Shown one piece after another: positions 1 through 10,832 of a stretch of 59,300 nt of DNA. Location of the stretch: positions 6,541-65,840 of the forward strand of contig CAZXUI010000010.1 of assembly GCA_964643885.1 (NCBI GenBank), in the 5' to 3' direction. The notes beneath the pieces were generated by a model. That model made no database searches. It had not been told where the DNA came from and worked only from the letters and a program-made list of their open reading frames with translations. This DNA comes from an uncultured Planctomycetales bacterium (GTDB lineage: Bacteria; Planctomycetota; Phycisphaerae; UBA1845; Fen-1342). Both the position numbers and the translations under genes were made by a program. How positions within the stretch are numbered: the stretch's first letter is position 1; the number at the start of each line of letters is the position of its first letter.

Positions 1-120
1 GGCGCAGGGGGTTCTGAGGCGGGGCGCACGTCGGAACCCGCCGCGCCAAGCGGCGTGACCCTTGGATAACAAGAGACCCCCTGCTTGGCGCAGGGGGTTC
101 TGAGGCGGGGCGCGGGTTTG
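1..120. repeat. Tandem copies of a roughly 95-nt structured intergenic repeat. A partial copy sits at 1-29 and a full copy at about 20-120. The inner hairpin is cccctgc-ttggc-gcagggg, and an outer stem pairs cggaaccc with gggttctg.
   Basis: ttggcgcagggggttctgaggcggggcgc occurs at 1-29 and at 85-113. Related copies lie at 58330-58440 and 59243-59300. Hairpins were read directly from the sequence. Confidence 0.7.
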
Positions 121-129
121 GCCCTCTTG

Positions 130-365
130 TGCTGTGATCCGAGCCAAGGGCCCCACGGACGACGTGAGAGGACGACCTTTCCGGTGGCTTCAAGTCACCG
201 GCTACGATCGCTTGCCCTGACGGGCAAGAGAGCGACAGGTCGGAGACCTGTCGCCCAGTGACCAGTCAGAGACCGGTCCCCCCAATAGTGAGGAGACCGG
301 TCCCCCAATAGTGAGGAGACCGGTCCCCCAATAGTGAGGAGACCGGTCCCCATTCTCGGAGCAGC
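130..365. repeat. Hairpin-rich element of about 130 bp (ccggtggcttcaagtcaccgg; cttgccctgacgggcaag; gacaggtcggagacctgtc), followed by a 24-bp tandem array of gaccggtcccccaatagtgaggag (x3+) and a terminal ccccattctcggagcagcg.
   Basis: Direct reading. An inverted near-identical copy of the hairpin region lies at 35400-35520. The array units contain the perfect palindrome GACCGGTC. Confidence 0.8.
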
Positions 366-431
366 GAAGCGAGGCGCCTGCCCCACCCGTAAGAGCAATG
401 CCCCTCAGCCGATTCAGCCAATCCAACGAAC

Positions 432-1361
432 TCAGCCGCCGAGCGGCTGGGTCGTGGCCGTTTCGGCCAGCCAGGCCTGAATCTCACGTCCCTGATAGAC
501 GATCAGCAGCGCAGCCAGGCCCCACAGGAACACGGCGACCTGAAACGGCCGATCGCGCGTGACCACGTCGGTCGGTCCGTCGACGCGGCCGTGCTCGACG
601 AGAACGGCGAAGCGGAAGATGGCGTAGACGACCAGGGGCAGCGTGTAGATCAGGTACACCGTTCCGAACTTGGCGATCGTCTTGGGGTCCGAGGCGTAGA
701 GCATGAAGCTGACGACGGCGATTCCGGCCGTCAGCGTCGTCATGTGGTTGAGCAGTTCGGGGGTGTAGACGGCAAGCGTCCGGCGGTGGTGCCGGGCGTC
801 GTTGCCGTTGGAGACGGCCAGGGCGTTGAGCTCGCAGCGGCGCTTGCTGAAGCCCATGAAGAGGCAGAGCGTGAAGGTGCAGATGACCAGCCACTGCGAA
901 ATCTCCACGTCGACCAGCACCGCGCCCGCGACAGCCCGCAGGACGAACCCCAGGCCGATGGCGATCACGTCGAGAATCACCTGGTGCTTGAAGATCCACG
1001 TGTAGGCGAACTGGAGCAGCAGGTAAACGAGCACGGTCAGGGCGAAGTTGCGGTGCAGCAGGAACGCGCCGCCCAGGCCGACGGCGAGCACGACGATCCC
1101 CAGCACCAGAGCGTCCGCCACGCGGACCTGGCCGGAGGCGATCGGCCGTTTGCACTTTCGCGGATGGAGGCGATCCTCGTTGCGGTCGTGGATGTCGTTG
1201 AGGATGTAGACGTGGCTGCTGACCAGGCAGAGGCAGACGAAGCCGAGGAGTGCGTCCAGGCCGGCGGCGGGGTCGAGGAACTTTCCGCCGAAAACGAGCC
1301 CGGCGAAGACGAAGACGTTCTTGATCCACTGCTGCGGCCGCAGCAGCCGGAGCATTGCCAT
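432..1361 (-). CDS. UbiA-family prenyltransferase, decaprenyl-phosphate phosphoribosyltransferase (DPPR synthase)-like.
   Basis: 309-aa ORF. N-terminal RPQQWIKNVFVFAG and the NDIHDRNEDRLHPRKCKRPIASG Asp-rich motif are typical of UbiA/DPPR-synthase-like enzymes. Multiple TM helices. Confidence 0.75.
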   Translation of the reverse strand: MAMLRLLRPQQWIKNVFVFAGLVFGGKFLDPAAGLDALLGFVCLCLVSSHVYILNDIHDRNEDRLHPRKCKRPIASGQVRVADALVLGIVVLAVGLGGAFLLHRNFALTVLVYLLLQFAYTWIFKHQVILDVIAIGLGFVLRAVAGAVLVDVEISQWLVICTFTLCLFMGFSKRRCELNALAVSNGNDARHHRRTLAVYTPELLNHMTTLTAGIAVVSFMLYASDPKTIAKFGTVYLIYTLPLVVYAIFRFAVLVEHGRVDGPTDVVTRDRPFQVAVFLWGLAALLIVYQGREIQAWLAETATTQPLGG

Positions 1362-1907
1362 GCCGTCCTCCGATCGAAGGGCGGCATTATCAAAGTGCGA
1401 GCGGCCGCGGTCAACGCAGGGAGCGCGGCACTAAGAATGGCGTGCCGCGAGGTTTATGAGTGCAAATCGGGACCTCGTCCGGGTCGTTGTTGGGCTCCCA
1501 CTTCCACAGCGACGAGGTCCCTTCAAGAATCCTCGACGCTCGATCGAACGCTGTCACGTCCGTCCGAACGCCGCCCCGTTGAAACCGCAACGGGGGGTGG
1601 ACCAGGCGGGTGGCCGGGCTCCCTTTTCCTTCCCACCCGGCCTGGTCGCGAGGGAGGTTGATGCAACTGGTGTGCCAGGGGAGTTGGCGGAGGCGCAAGC
1701 GCCTTAAGAATAATCACAAGCCATTGATTCATAGAAGGTTATGGAAGTCGATTTTTCGGAGCCGCGCCTGGTCGGGGGTTGCAGGTGCGCACTCGGTCCG
1801 CGGAAGTGGGGAATGCGTTGGGCACGGGTTACCCACCCAATGGAGGGGGCTGGGAGAGGTTATGGGAGGTGGACCGGACACGAAAGCCCGCCCCGCCGAG
1901 CCAGGGG

Positions 1908-3074
<1,167 letters not shown>

Positions 3075-3093
3075 ACGCTTCTCCGCGGCGGTC

Positions 3094-4632
3094 TCAGGGC
3101 GAGGCGGCCGCGCGGCCCGGCTCAGCCGGCGGGCTGCTGGCGCCCTGCTGGATGGCGAAGAGCATGCGGCGGTTGGTGATGTAGAGCACGCCGTTCGCGG
3201 CGACGGGCGTGGTGTAGACTGAATTGCCCATGTCCATCGTGCCCAGCTCCTTCATCTCCTTGTCGTGCTTGAGGATGACGATCTCGCCGTCCTCGTCGCC
3301 GAGCATGACCTTGCCGTCGACAACGTAGGGCGAGCCCCAGACGGCGGCCTCGACGTCGTAGCGCCAGTGGCGCTTGCCGGTTTTGGCGTCGAAGCAGTAG
3401 AGGAAGCCGCTCAGGTCGGCCACATAGAGCAGGTCGTCCTTGATGGCGCAGGTGGACATGGAGCGGTGGAAGTCCTCGCCGCCGACGTGCCAGACACGGC
3501 CGGACTCGGTGATATCGCCGCGCTTGGTGGCGTCGATGCGATAGAGGTGGCCGATCCCTTCGCCGTGCTCGGGGTCCTGGCCGACGCAGAGAAATACGGC
3601 GTCATCGTAGATCACGGGCGTGGCGATGATGTTGTTGCGCGTGCCGCGGCCGCCGAGCTCCCAGACGCTGTCCTTGGGGTTGAGATCGAACTTCCAGAGG
3701 AGCTTTCCGGTGGCGGGCTCGAAGCTGTAGCACCAGCCGTCGCCGCCGGGGAAGATCACCTGCTCGACGCCGGCGATTCTTCCGTAGGCGGGGCTGGACC
3801 ACTGGCCGTGCAGGACGTTGCCGCCGGGCAGGTCGTTCTCCCAGACGATTTCGCCGCTGCTTTTGTGAACGCAGAGGAAGGATGGCGCATCGGGGACGGG
3901 CAGGTTCAGGTGGCCTTCGTCGACGCCGTTGGAGGTGACGACGAAGATGTGATCACCGACCACGAGCGGCGAGGAGGTGGCGAGATTGTGCGGGAAGACG
4001 CCGAGCTCCTCGATCATGTCGAGTTTCCAGATGAAGTCGGCGTCGAGCTTGTCGGTGTACTGCTCGTCCTTGAAGGGGCCGTCGTTCTCGCCGTCCTGAA
4101 AGCCGGCGACGTCGGCACAGACCAGCTCGCAGCGGTTGCTGACGTAGTACAGGCGCGTGCCGTCGACGGCGGCGGAGGAGCAGATGCCCTGCTCGGGCCA
4201 GTCGTTGACGCGGCCGGTGGGGAGCTTGTCGTGCGTGGCCTGCCAGAGGAGCTTGCCGGTGTTGGCGTCGAAGCAGACGACGACGCCCTTGTCGCCCTTG
4301 ATGCCGGGGCGGAGCTCGCCGTTGTTGTTCGTGCCGATGAAGACGCGGTTGTCGACGATGACGGGGTTGCCGTATGTCTGCGAGCCGAGGGGGGCCCGCC
4401 ACTTGATGTTCTTGCCGGTCTTGATGTCCCACTCGGCGGGGATGTTCTGCTCGTCGCTGACCATGTTGCGGTCGGGCGAGCCGCCCCACATGGGCCAGTC
4501 GCCGCGCTTGGGCTTTCCTGCGGACTGGGCGAAGGCCGGCGGGCCCGAGAGCAGGCCGCAGAGCGCGGCCGAGACGATCCAGCGGGAGATTTCGGACGAT
4601 CCGCAACGTGAGAGCATGCGTCTTCCCTTCAT
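3094..4632 (-). CDS. Secreted PQQ-like beta-propeller repeat protein (BamB/PQQ-repeat fold).
   Basis: The tool ORF runs 3094..4872. The start is placed at the ATG of [39 protein letters not shown], which is a signal peptide. The Pro/Gly-rich 80 codons upstream sit over a 30-bp DNA tandem repeat and precede the signal peptide, so they are treated as non-coding. Repeated W/G propeller blades follow. Confidence 0.7.
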   Translation of the reverse strand: MKGRRMLSRCGSSEISRWIVSAALCGLLSGPPAFAQSAGKPKRGDWPMWGGSPDRNMVSDEQNIPAEWDIKTGKNIKWRAPLGSQTYGNPVIVDNRVFIGTNNNGELRPGIKGDKGVVVCFDANTGKLLWQATHDKLPTGRVNDWPEQGICSSAAVDGTRLYYVSNRCELVCADVAGFQDGENDGPFKDEQYTDKLDADFIWKLDMIEELGVFPHNLATSSPLVVGDHIFVVTSNGVDEGHLNLPVPDAPSFLCVHKSSGEIVWENDLPGGNVLHGQWSSPAYGRIAGVEQVIFPGGDGWCYSFEPATGKLLWKFDLNPKDSVWELGGRGTRNNIIATPVIYDDAVFLCVGQDPEHGEGIGHLYRIDATKRGDITESGRVWHVGGEDFHRSMSTCAIKDDLLYVADLSGFLYCFDAKTGKRHWRYDVEAAVWGSPYVVDGKVMLGDEDGEIVILKHDKEMKELGTMDMGNSVYTTPVAANGVLYITNRRMLFAIQQGASSPPAEPGRAAASP

Positions 4633-4677
4633 GCGAAGAATCGGAGGCGAGTCGGTGCGAGGTCGAGCAGGAACTGG

Positions 4678-4822
4678 TACGGGCGAGACGCCCGTACCAC
4701 CCGCAGGGACGGGCGAGACGGCCGTACCACCCGCAGGGACGGGCGAGACGGCCGTACCACCCGCAGGGACGGGCGAGACGCCCGTACCACCCGCAGGGGC
4801 GGGCGAGACGGCCGCGCTGCCC
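4678..4822. repeat. 30-bp tandem repeat (gggcgagacgSccgtaccacccgcagggac), about 4.7 copies, in the leader between two PQQ-propeller genes.
   Basis: Direct reading. Copies begin near 4681, 4711, 4741, 4771 and 4801 (partial). Confidence 0.85.
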
Positions 4823-4864
4823 GAGGAGCGCGTGGCCGGATGGCAATGCTCGTGACGGGTCGCG

Positions 4865-7120
4865 CTACTCATGGCCCGTCACCTTGAAATTGTCGAAGTA
4901 CGTCTGCGGCCCGTCGCTGCCGGGTGTCGTGCCAGTCGAGTAGGCATAGACTCCGGCCGTGCCCTCCGTGTTCGGGCACGGGTCTTCCAGCTCGATCATC
5001 CAGCCATCGGGCTCGGCCTCGTCGCGCGGCCAGAACTTGCCGCGGCAGATCGCCTTGCCGTTTTCGAGCCGAACCTCGAACTTGACGGTGTACCAGACGT
5101 CGGGCTGCCAGTCGCATTCGACATCCTTGCGCAGACGCGGCTCGGCGCCCCAGGTCTCGAGGCGAAGCACGTTCTTCTTGCCGCGCTTCTTGTCGGCCCC
5201 GTTGAGGATCAGATCATAGCGCGTGTTCATCAGGCCCATGTCGGGCTGGAAGCTGCGCCGGCCGGCGTCGCGCAGCTCGCTCATCATGTCGCACTGGACG
5301 GTCATGCCGCCGGAGATCGGCGGCGTGGCGTCGCCCATCAGCCGCATGAAAGGCGGACTGGGCCGCTCCTTGGAGGCGATCTTGCGCAGGACACGGCCGC
5401 CGTTCCGCTCGATCACCTCGACGCGGCGGCCGACGCCGATCCAGCCGGGCGGGACGCTGCCGACGGGCATGGCGTCGAAGGTCTCGCTGATCGGCAGCTC
5501 GGGCATGACGCGCACGCGAGCGGCCACCTCCTTGCCGCCGACCCACTTGAACCTGACCTGGCCGGCGGAGTAGGCCGCGTCGGCCGCGGCGGTGAAGGTG
5601 CGTCCGTCGGCCGTGCCGCGGACGCCGGCGACGGTCGCCTGCGGCTCGACATCGACGCCGGCGGCGGGTAGGAGCTGGCCGGCCGCGTTGTATGGAAAGA
5701 AGCGGAACTCGGCCTTCCGGCCGGGGCGCAGCGTGATCTCGGCCGGGACGACGAGGAAGCCGGTGGGCGGGCCGGAGGTCTCGACTTCCCTGGCCGCCGG
5801 GGGCAGTTCCACGCGTTCGACCGCGGCGTCGGCCGATCCGAGGCAGAAGAAGTTGTAGCGGGTCATGAAATAGACGCGGCCACCTACGACGGCGGGCGAG
5901 CCGAAGATCTCGTCGACGACGCCGCCGGGTCCCTCGAACTCGTCGCGGTCGAGCTCGACGCAGCGACCGCCCTCGTCGCGGAGGATGGTGAAGATGCCGT
6001 TCTGCTCGCCGTAGTAGATGACGCCGTCGGCGGTGACGGTGGGTGAGCCCTTGCCGACGCGGCCGACGCTGTGTCTCCAGTAGACGCGGCCGTCTTTGGC
6101 GTCGATGGCTAAGAGGTTGGCGCTGTTGTCGACGACGTAGAGACGGCCGTTGGCGACGGCGGGCGAGGCGTAGCCGACGCCGAGGCCGTTGAGGCGCCAG
6201 ACCTCGCCGCTGTCGGTGATGTCGCCGGACTTGGAGGCGTCGAGACAGACGACGGCGCCCATTTCGGTGGTGGTGAAGTTCTCCTCGCTGTGGGCGACGT
6301 AGACGTAGTGGCCGTCGACGACGGGCGAGACGTTCAGGCCGCGCTTGCTGAGCTTGTACTTCCAGACGATCTCGCCGGTGCGGGCGAGCATGCCGTAGAC
6401 GCAACCGTCGGCCGCGGGGGCGATGAGCATGCGGCGGCCGTCGATGACGGTGACCACGGGGACGGAGTAGGTGGTGTCGAGCGGGGCCTCGGTCGTGCTG
6501 GACCACCAGAGAATGTCGCCGCTGTCCTTGTCGAAGGCGACGTAGCGGTGCAGGCCGCGGGCCTGGTCGCCCCAGCTCGAGTTGAGGAAGCTGACGATCA
6601 CGCGGTTCTCATCGACGATGGGGCTCATGACGCGGCCGCCGTAGCCGCTGATGCGGCCGAACTCCTCGGACAGCGAGCGTTTCCAGAGCAGCTTGCCGTC
6701 GCGCGTCCAGCAGAGGAGCTCGCCGGCGGTGGCGTGAGCGACGATGTTGCCGCTCTGCGGATCGACCGCCAGCGAGGTCCAGCCGACGCGGTTCTCGACG
6801 ATGTCGGTGTGAAAGACGTTGAAGCGCTGCTCCCAGAGCTGGCGGCCGGTGGCGGCGTCGAGGCAGACGACGCGTTCCTGGAGCATCACGTCCTGCCCCA
6901 CCGGCGCGATGTAGTAGAGGCGACCGTCGTGGAGGACGGGCGTGGTGCGGCCGCCGCTGGGATTACGCCAGAGGACGTTCTCGCCGCCGGGGGACCAGCT
7001 TGTGACGACGGCCTTCTCGGGTGCGTAGCCGGCGGCGAGCGGACCGCGCCACTCGAGCCAGTCGCCGGCCGCGGCGGTCGAAACGAGCGTGATGCAGCAG
7101 ATGATTCCGAGGCGTCTCAT
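4865..7120 (-). CDS. Secreted PQQ-like beta-propeller repeat protein with a C-terminal domain of unknown function.
   Basis: 751 aa. N-terminal signal peptide [19 protein letters not shown]. Many propeller blade repeats (…GRLYY…, …DGVIYYG…). Confidence 0.75.
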   Translation of the reverse strand: MRRLGIICCITLVSTAAAGDWLEWRGPLAAGYAPEKAVVTSWSPGGENVLWRNPSGGRTTPVLHDGRLYYIAPVGQDVMLQERVVCLDAATGRQLWEQRFNVFHTDIVENRVGWTSLAVDPQSGNIVAHATAGELLCWTRDGKLLWKRSLSEEFGRISGYGGRVMSPIVDENRVIVSFLNSSWGDQARGLHRYVAFDKDSGDILWWSSTTEAPLDTTYSVPVVTVIDGRRMLIAPAADGCVYGMLARTGEIVWKYKLSKRGLNVSPVVDGHYVYVAHSEENFTTTEMGAVVCLDASKSGDITDSGEVWRLNGLGVGYASPAVANGRLYVVDNSANLLAIDAKDGRVYWRHSVGRVGKGSPTVTADGVIYYGEQNGIFTILRDEGGRCVELDRDEFEGPGGVVDEIFGSPAVVGGRVYFMTRYNFFCLGSADAAVERVELPPAAREVETSGPPTGFLVVPAEITLRPGRKAEFRFFPYNAAGQLLPAAGVDVEPQATVAGVRGTADGRTFTAAADAAYSAGQVRFKWVGGKEVAARVRVMPELPISETFDAMPVGSVPPGWIGVGRRVEVIERNGGRVLRKIASKERPSPPFMRLMGDATPPISGGMTVQCDMMSELRDAGRRSFQPDMGLMNTRYDLILNGADKKRGKKNVLRLETWGAEPRLRKDVECDWQPDVWYTVKFEVRLENGKAICRGKFWPRDEAEPDGWMIELEDPCPNTEGTAGVYAYSTGTTPGSDGPQTYFDNFKVTGHE

Positions 7121-7185
7121 CGCACTCCTCTTTCCTGAAAGGCGATTGTCGACTCGTCTGTGAAACCCGGCCCGCGTGCCCGCAC

Positions 7186-8472
7186 CTATTCGCGAACGAC
7201 CCGCCGCGCCTTGAGCTCGAACCGCGGGAGCGAGCCGGGCGCGACGAGCTGCACGTGCGGCTTGAAGTGCAGCCGGTCGCGGACGGCCCGCTCGATGCGG
7301 GCGGCGAGCGTCGCCTGGTCCGCGGCGGGCAGCGGTTCGATCTCCAGCCGAAGGTCCGCCAGCGACGCGGTCGAACGGACGACCAGGCGGAACTCGGCGA
7401 CTTCCGCGAACTCGCGCAGGATTCCCTCGATACTCGCGGGGAACACGTTGTTGCCGCGGATGATGATAGCGTCATCGAGGCGTCCGAGCACGCCGCCGTC
7501 GAGGCGGGCGAAGGCACGGCCGGCGGTGCGGCCGGCGCGCGACAGGCGAACCTGGTCTCCGGTGCGATAGCGGATCAACGGGCTGCCCCAGCGGCCGAGG
7601 TTGGTCAGGACGAGCTCGCCGGCCTGGCCGTCGGGGACGGGCCGGCCGGCGGGGTCGATCACTTCGGCGATGAACTCGACCTCGTTGACGAGCATGACGC
7701 CGGGGGTTTCGACGGGCTCGAAGCCCCAGGCGCCGACCTCGGTCATGCCGGCGTGGTCGATCAGGCGCGCGTTCCAGGCGGCTTCGATGCGCTGCCGCAC
7801 GGCCGGGACGCCCCCGCCCGGCTCACCGGCGACGATGATGAGGCGGACGGGAGAGGCGGCGATGTCGACGCCTTCGGCCTGTGCGACTTCGGCCATGTGC
7901 AGCGCGTAGGTCGGCGTGCAGCAGAGTACGGTCGCCTGGTTGTCGAGCAGGTAGCGCAGGCGGGCGGCGGTGGTCATGCCGCCGGCCGCGAGGACGAGGT
8001 TGCCGAGCGACTCGGCCGCGGCGAAGGAGGACCAGAAGCCGATGAAGGGGCCGAAGGAGAAGGGAAAGACGATGCGGTCTGCGGGTTCGACGCCGGCGGC
8101 GCGGAAGACGGTGGCCCAGCAGCGCTTCCACCACTCCCAGCTTTCGGGCGTGTCGAGCCAGCGAAGCGGGGCGCCCTTGCTGCCGGAGGTCTGGTGGTAG
8201 CGGACGTAGCGCTCGAGCGGGTAGGTCAGGTTTGTGCCGTAGGGTGGGTTGTCGAGCTGGTCCTGCTCGATCTGCTCGCGGGTCGTGAAGGGGAGGTTTT
8301 CGAGCGGGTCGGTGAGGGCGTCGAAGCGCTCGCATCCGGCACGGCGGAGATGCTCGCGGTAGAAGGGGCTGTGGGCGGAGACTTCGGCGAGCATGGCGCT
8401 GAGCTTGCGGCGCTGGAGAGCGGCGAGCGCGTCGCGGTCGAGCGTCTCGGAGTCGGGGTCGAAAAAGGGCAT
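7186..8472 (-). CDS. Phenylacetate-CoA ligase (PaaK) / F390-synthetase family adenylate-forming enzyme.
   Basis: Start taken at MPFFDPDSETL (M61 of the tool ORF 7186..8652). YHQTSGSKGAPLRW P-loop-like motif. Family-level similarity to PaaK. Confidence 0.7.
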   Translation of the reverse strand: MPFFDPDSETLDRDALAALQRRKLSAMLAEVSAHSPFYREHLRRAGCERFDALTDPLENLPFTTREQIEQDQLDNPPYGTNLTYPLERYVRYHQTSGSKGAPLRWLDTPESWEWWKRCWATVFRAAGVEPADRIVFPFSFGPFIGFWSSFAAAESLGNLVLAAGGMTTAARLRYLLDNQATVLCCTPTYALHMAEVAQAEGVDIAASPVRLIIVAGEPGGGVPAVRQRIEAAWNARLIDHAGMTEVGAWGFEPVETPGVMLVNEVEFIAEVIDPAGRPVPDGQAGELVLTNLGRWGSPLIRYRTGDQVRLSRAGRTAGRAFARLDGGVLGRLDDAIIIRGNNVFPASIEGILREFAEVAEFRLVVRSTASLADLRLEIEPLPAADQATLAARIERAVRDRLHFKPHVQLVAPGSLPRFELKARRVVRE

Positions 8473-8699
8473 CCGGCCGGGGCTCCTGGCGTCGTGTCGG
8501 GCGGCGGTTGTTTCGAAAGACGGCCGAAGGTGGTGATACCGTTCAGCAGCGAGGGGGGCAAGGGTGAGCGAGGCATACGTGCGGGCGACGCGCCCGCACG
8601 CTCGAGGCGTGGCTCGAAACAAAGCGGCTGGCGTGAGATGGGAATCTCGCACCGGCGATGCACGGGTAAGCTGCGCTTGCCCATGCCACCTGGCCGAAT

Positions 8700-8760
8700 G
8701 GCAAGCAGGATGCCTGCCCCACCCGGTCGGTCCCCCATTCTCGGAGCAGCGGGCTCACAC
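8700..8760. repeat. Fragmentary copy of the dispersed repeat (cctgccccacccg + ggtcccccattctcggagcagcg) in a divergent promoter region.
   Basis: Shares ccccattctcggagcagcg and cctgccccacccg with 340-390, but the two modules are in the opposite order. Confidence 0.6.
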
Positions 8761-8823
8761 CGCGCTCGAATGGCGGGTTCTGACGACGCGCGGTGCTATC
8801 ATCTGGTCGATGAGGTGCCGGCG

Positions 8824-10140
8824 ATGAGGGTCGTGTTGCTGGCGGCCGGGGCGGCGGGCATGTACTGCGGAAGCTGTCTGCGCGACAACCGCCTGGCGGC
8901 GACGCTGCGCGAGATGGGCCGCGACGTGCTGCTCGTGCCGCTCTACACGCCCCTGCGGACCGATGAGGCCGACGCCAGCGACGGGCGGGTCTTTCTCGGC
9001 GGGATCAACGTCTACCTTCAGCAACGCGTGCCGCTGCTGCGGCATGTGCCGCGGCTGCTCGACGGCTGGCTGGATTCGCCGCGGCTGCTGGCGAGACTGG
9101 CCGGGCGGGCGGGGAGCGTCCGGCCGGAGCAGGTGGCGGACCTGGCGGTGTCGGTGCTGGCCGGTCGGCGGGGCCATCAGCGCAAGGAAGTGCAGCGGCT
9201 GGTGGACGGGCTGCGGGGGCTGCGGCCGAGCCTGGTGAGCCTGCCGAACCTGATGCTGATCGGGCTGGCCGGGCCGATCCGCGAGTCGCTGGGCGTGCCG
9301 GTGGTGTGCGAACTGACGGGCGAGGACCTGTTCGTCGACGCGATGCCGGAGCCGCAGCGCGGCCGGGCGCTGGAGCTGATCCGCGAGCAGGCGCGGCACG
9401 TGGACGCCTTCATGGCCGTCACGCGTTATTACGCGGGTCACGCGGGGGAGATGTTCGGGCTGCCGCGCGAGCGCGTGGCGGTCGTGCCGATGGGGCTGCG
9501 GGTGGAGGACTTCGAGGCGGCGCGGCCGGCGGCGGCCGACGCGGCCGGCGGGCCGGTGACGATCGGATACCTGGCACGGGTCGCACCGGAGAAGGGGCTG
9601 CTGGAGCTGGCGGAGGCGTTCGCCCAGCTTCGGGCCGACGGACATGATGTGCGGCTGCGGGCGGCGGGGTACCTGGGCGAATCGGAGCGCGGGTATCTCG
9701 AGCGTGTGCACGGTTTGGTGCGCGAGCGCGGCGCCGCCGAGCGCTTCGAATACCTGGGCGAGGTCTCGCGAGCGGAGAAGGTCGCTCTTCTCGGCTCGCT
9801 GCACGTGCTCAGCGTGCCGGCCCCCTACCGCGAGGCGAAGGGGCTGTACGTGCTGGAAGCGCTGGCGGCGGGCGTGCCGGTGGTTCAGCCGCGGCACGGA
9901 TCGTTTCCGGAGCTGGTCGAAGACACCGGCGGCGGCCTGCTTTACGATCCGGGCGAGGCGGGCGGTCTGGCGCGGGCGCTCGAGCGTTTGGTCGTCGAGC
10001 GCGAGCTGCGCGAGACGCTGGCGGCCCGCGGCCGGGCGGCCGTTCAAGAGCGCTATCGCGACCGGGTGATGGCGGCGGCCGCGTGGTCGCTCTATGAGCA
10101 ACTCGTCTCGCAACCCGCACGCACGCAGGGATCATGCTGA
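8824..10140 (+). CDS. Glycosyltransferase family 4 (GT-B fold).
   Basis: About 438 aa. GT4 C-terminal signature EAKGLYVLEALAAGVPVV…FPELV. Start at MRVVLLAAG. Confidence 0.75.
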   Translation: MRVVLLAAGAAGMYCGSCLRDNRLAATLREMGRDVLLVPLYTPLRTDEADASDGRVFLGGINVYLQQRVPLLRHVPRLLDGWLDSPRLLARLAGRAGSVRPEQVADLAVSVLAGRRGHQRKEVQRLVDGLRGLRPSLVSLPNLMLIGLAGPIRESLGVPVVCELTGEDLFVDAMPEPQRGRALELIREQARHVDAFMAVTRYYAGHAGEMFGLPRERVAVVPMGLRVEDFEAARPAAADAAGGPVTIGYLARVAPEKGLLELAEAFAQLRADGHDVRLRAAGYLGESERGYLERVHGLVRERGAAERFEYLGEVSRAEKVALLGSLHVLSVPAPYREAKGLYVLEALAAGVPVVQPRHGSFPELVEDTGGGLLYDPGEAGGLARALERLVVERELRETLAARGRAAVQERYRDRVMAAAAWSLYEQLVSQPARTQGSC

Positions 10141-10802
10141 AAGCCGAACATATCGCCAAGAGCTTCCGGACGCGCTCGGGCGAGCTGAGCGTGCTGCGCG
10201 ACGTGTCGCTGTCGCTGGAGCGCGGCCAGGCGGCGTCGATCATGGGGCCGTCGGGGTCGGGCAAGAGCACGCTGCTGAACATTCTGGGGACGCTGGAGCC
10301 GCCGTCCTCGGGGGAACTTCGGCTGGGCGAAACGGCGCCGTTCTCGCTGTCGGCCCGCGAGCTGGCGCGGTTTCGCAACCAGAGCGTCGGGTTCGTCTTT
10401 CAGGAGCATCACCTGCTGCCGCAGTGCAACGTGCTGGAGAACGTGCTCGTGCCGACGCTGGTGGACGGACGCCGCGACGAAGATCGCGTCGGTCGGGCGC
10501 GGCGGCTGCTGGATCGCGTCGGGCTGAGCGAGCGACTGGAGCATGTGCCTGCGGAGCTTTCGGGCGGCGAGCGGCAGCGGGTGGCGCTGGCGCGGGCGCT
10601 GATCAATACCCCCCTGCTGCTTCTGGCGGACGAGCCGACGGGAAACCTCGACCGGACGACGGCGCAGAGCGTGGCGGACCTGCTGATCGAGTTGCAGCGC
10701 AGCGAGAACGTGACCCTGATCGTCGTCACGCATGACCCGAAGCTCGCGGGGCGATTCGAACGGCGATTCGAACTGAATGACGGGGCGCTGGCGCCGATCT
10801 AG
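10134..10802 (+). CDS. ABC transporter ATP-binding protein, LolD/MacB-like.
   Basis: Walker A GPSGSGKST, signature LSGGERQRVALARAL, Walker B LLLADEPTGNLD. Overlaps the GT4 stop (ATGCTGA), suggesting translational coupling. Confidence 0.9.
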   Translation: MLKAEHIAKSFRTRSGELSVLRDVSLSLERGQAASIMGPSGSGKSTLLNILGTLEPPSSGELRLGETAPFSLSARELARFRNQSVGFVFQEHHLLPQCNVLENVLVPTLVDGRRDEDRVGRARRLLDRVGLSERLEHVPAELSGGERQRVALARALINTPLLLLADEPTGNLDRTTAQSVADLLIELQRSENVTLIVVTHDPKLAGRFERRFELNDGALAPI

Positions 10803-10832
10803 AACGTTCGGGAAGCGAAGCGGGAGAGTGCG

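Noticed and set aside
265-365. The 24-bp tandem array (gaccggtcccccaatagtgaggag x3) as a possible CRISPR array.
   Set aside because: The units are directly abutting with no unique spacers between them, and no cas genes are nearby. It is a simple tandem repeat that forms part of a larger dispersed element.
4633-4872. The N-terminal 80 codons of tool ORF 3094..4872 (PAGGTxVSPV repeats) as a coding sequence.
   Set aside because: A canonical signal peptide ([34 protein letters not shown]) begins only after this segment. A signal peptide must be N-terminal, so the repeats are more plausibly a non-coding 30-bp DNA tandem repeat in the leader.
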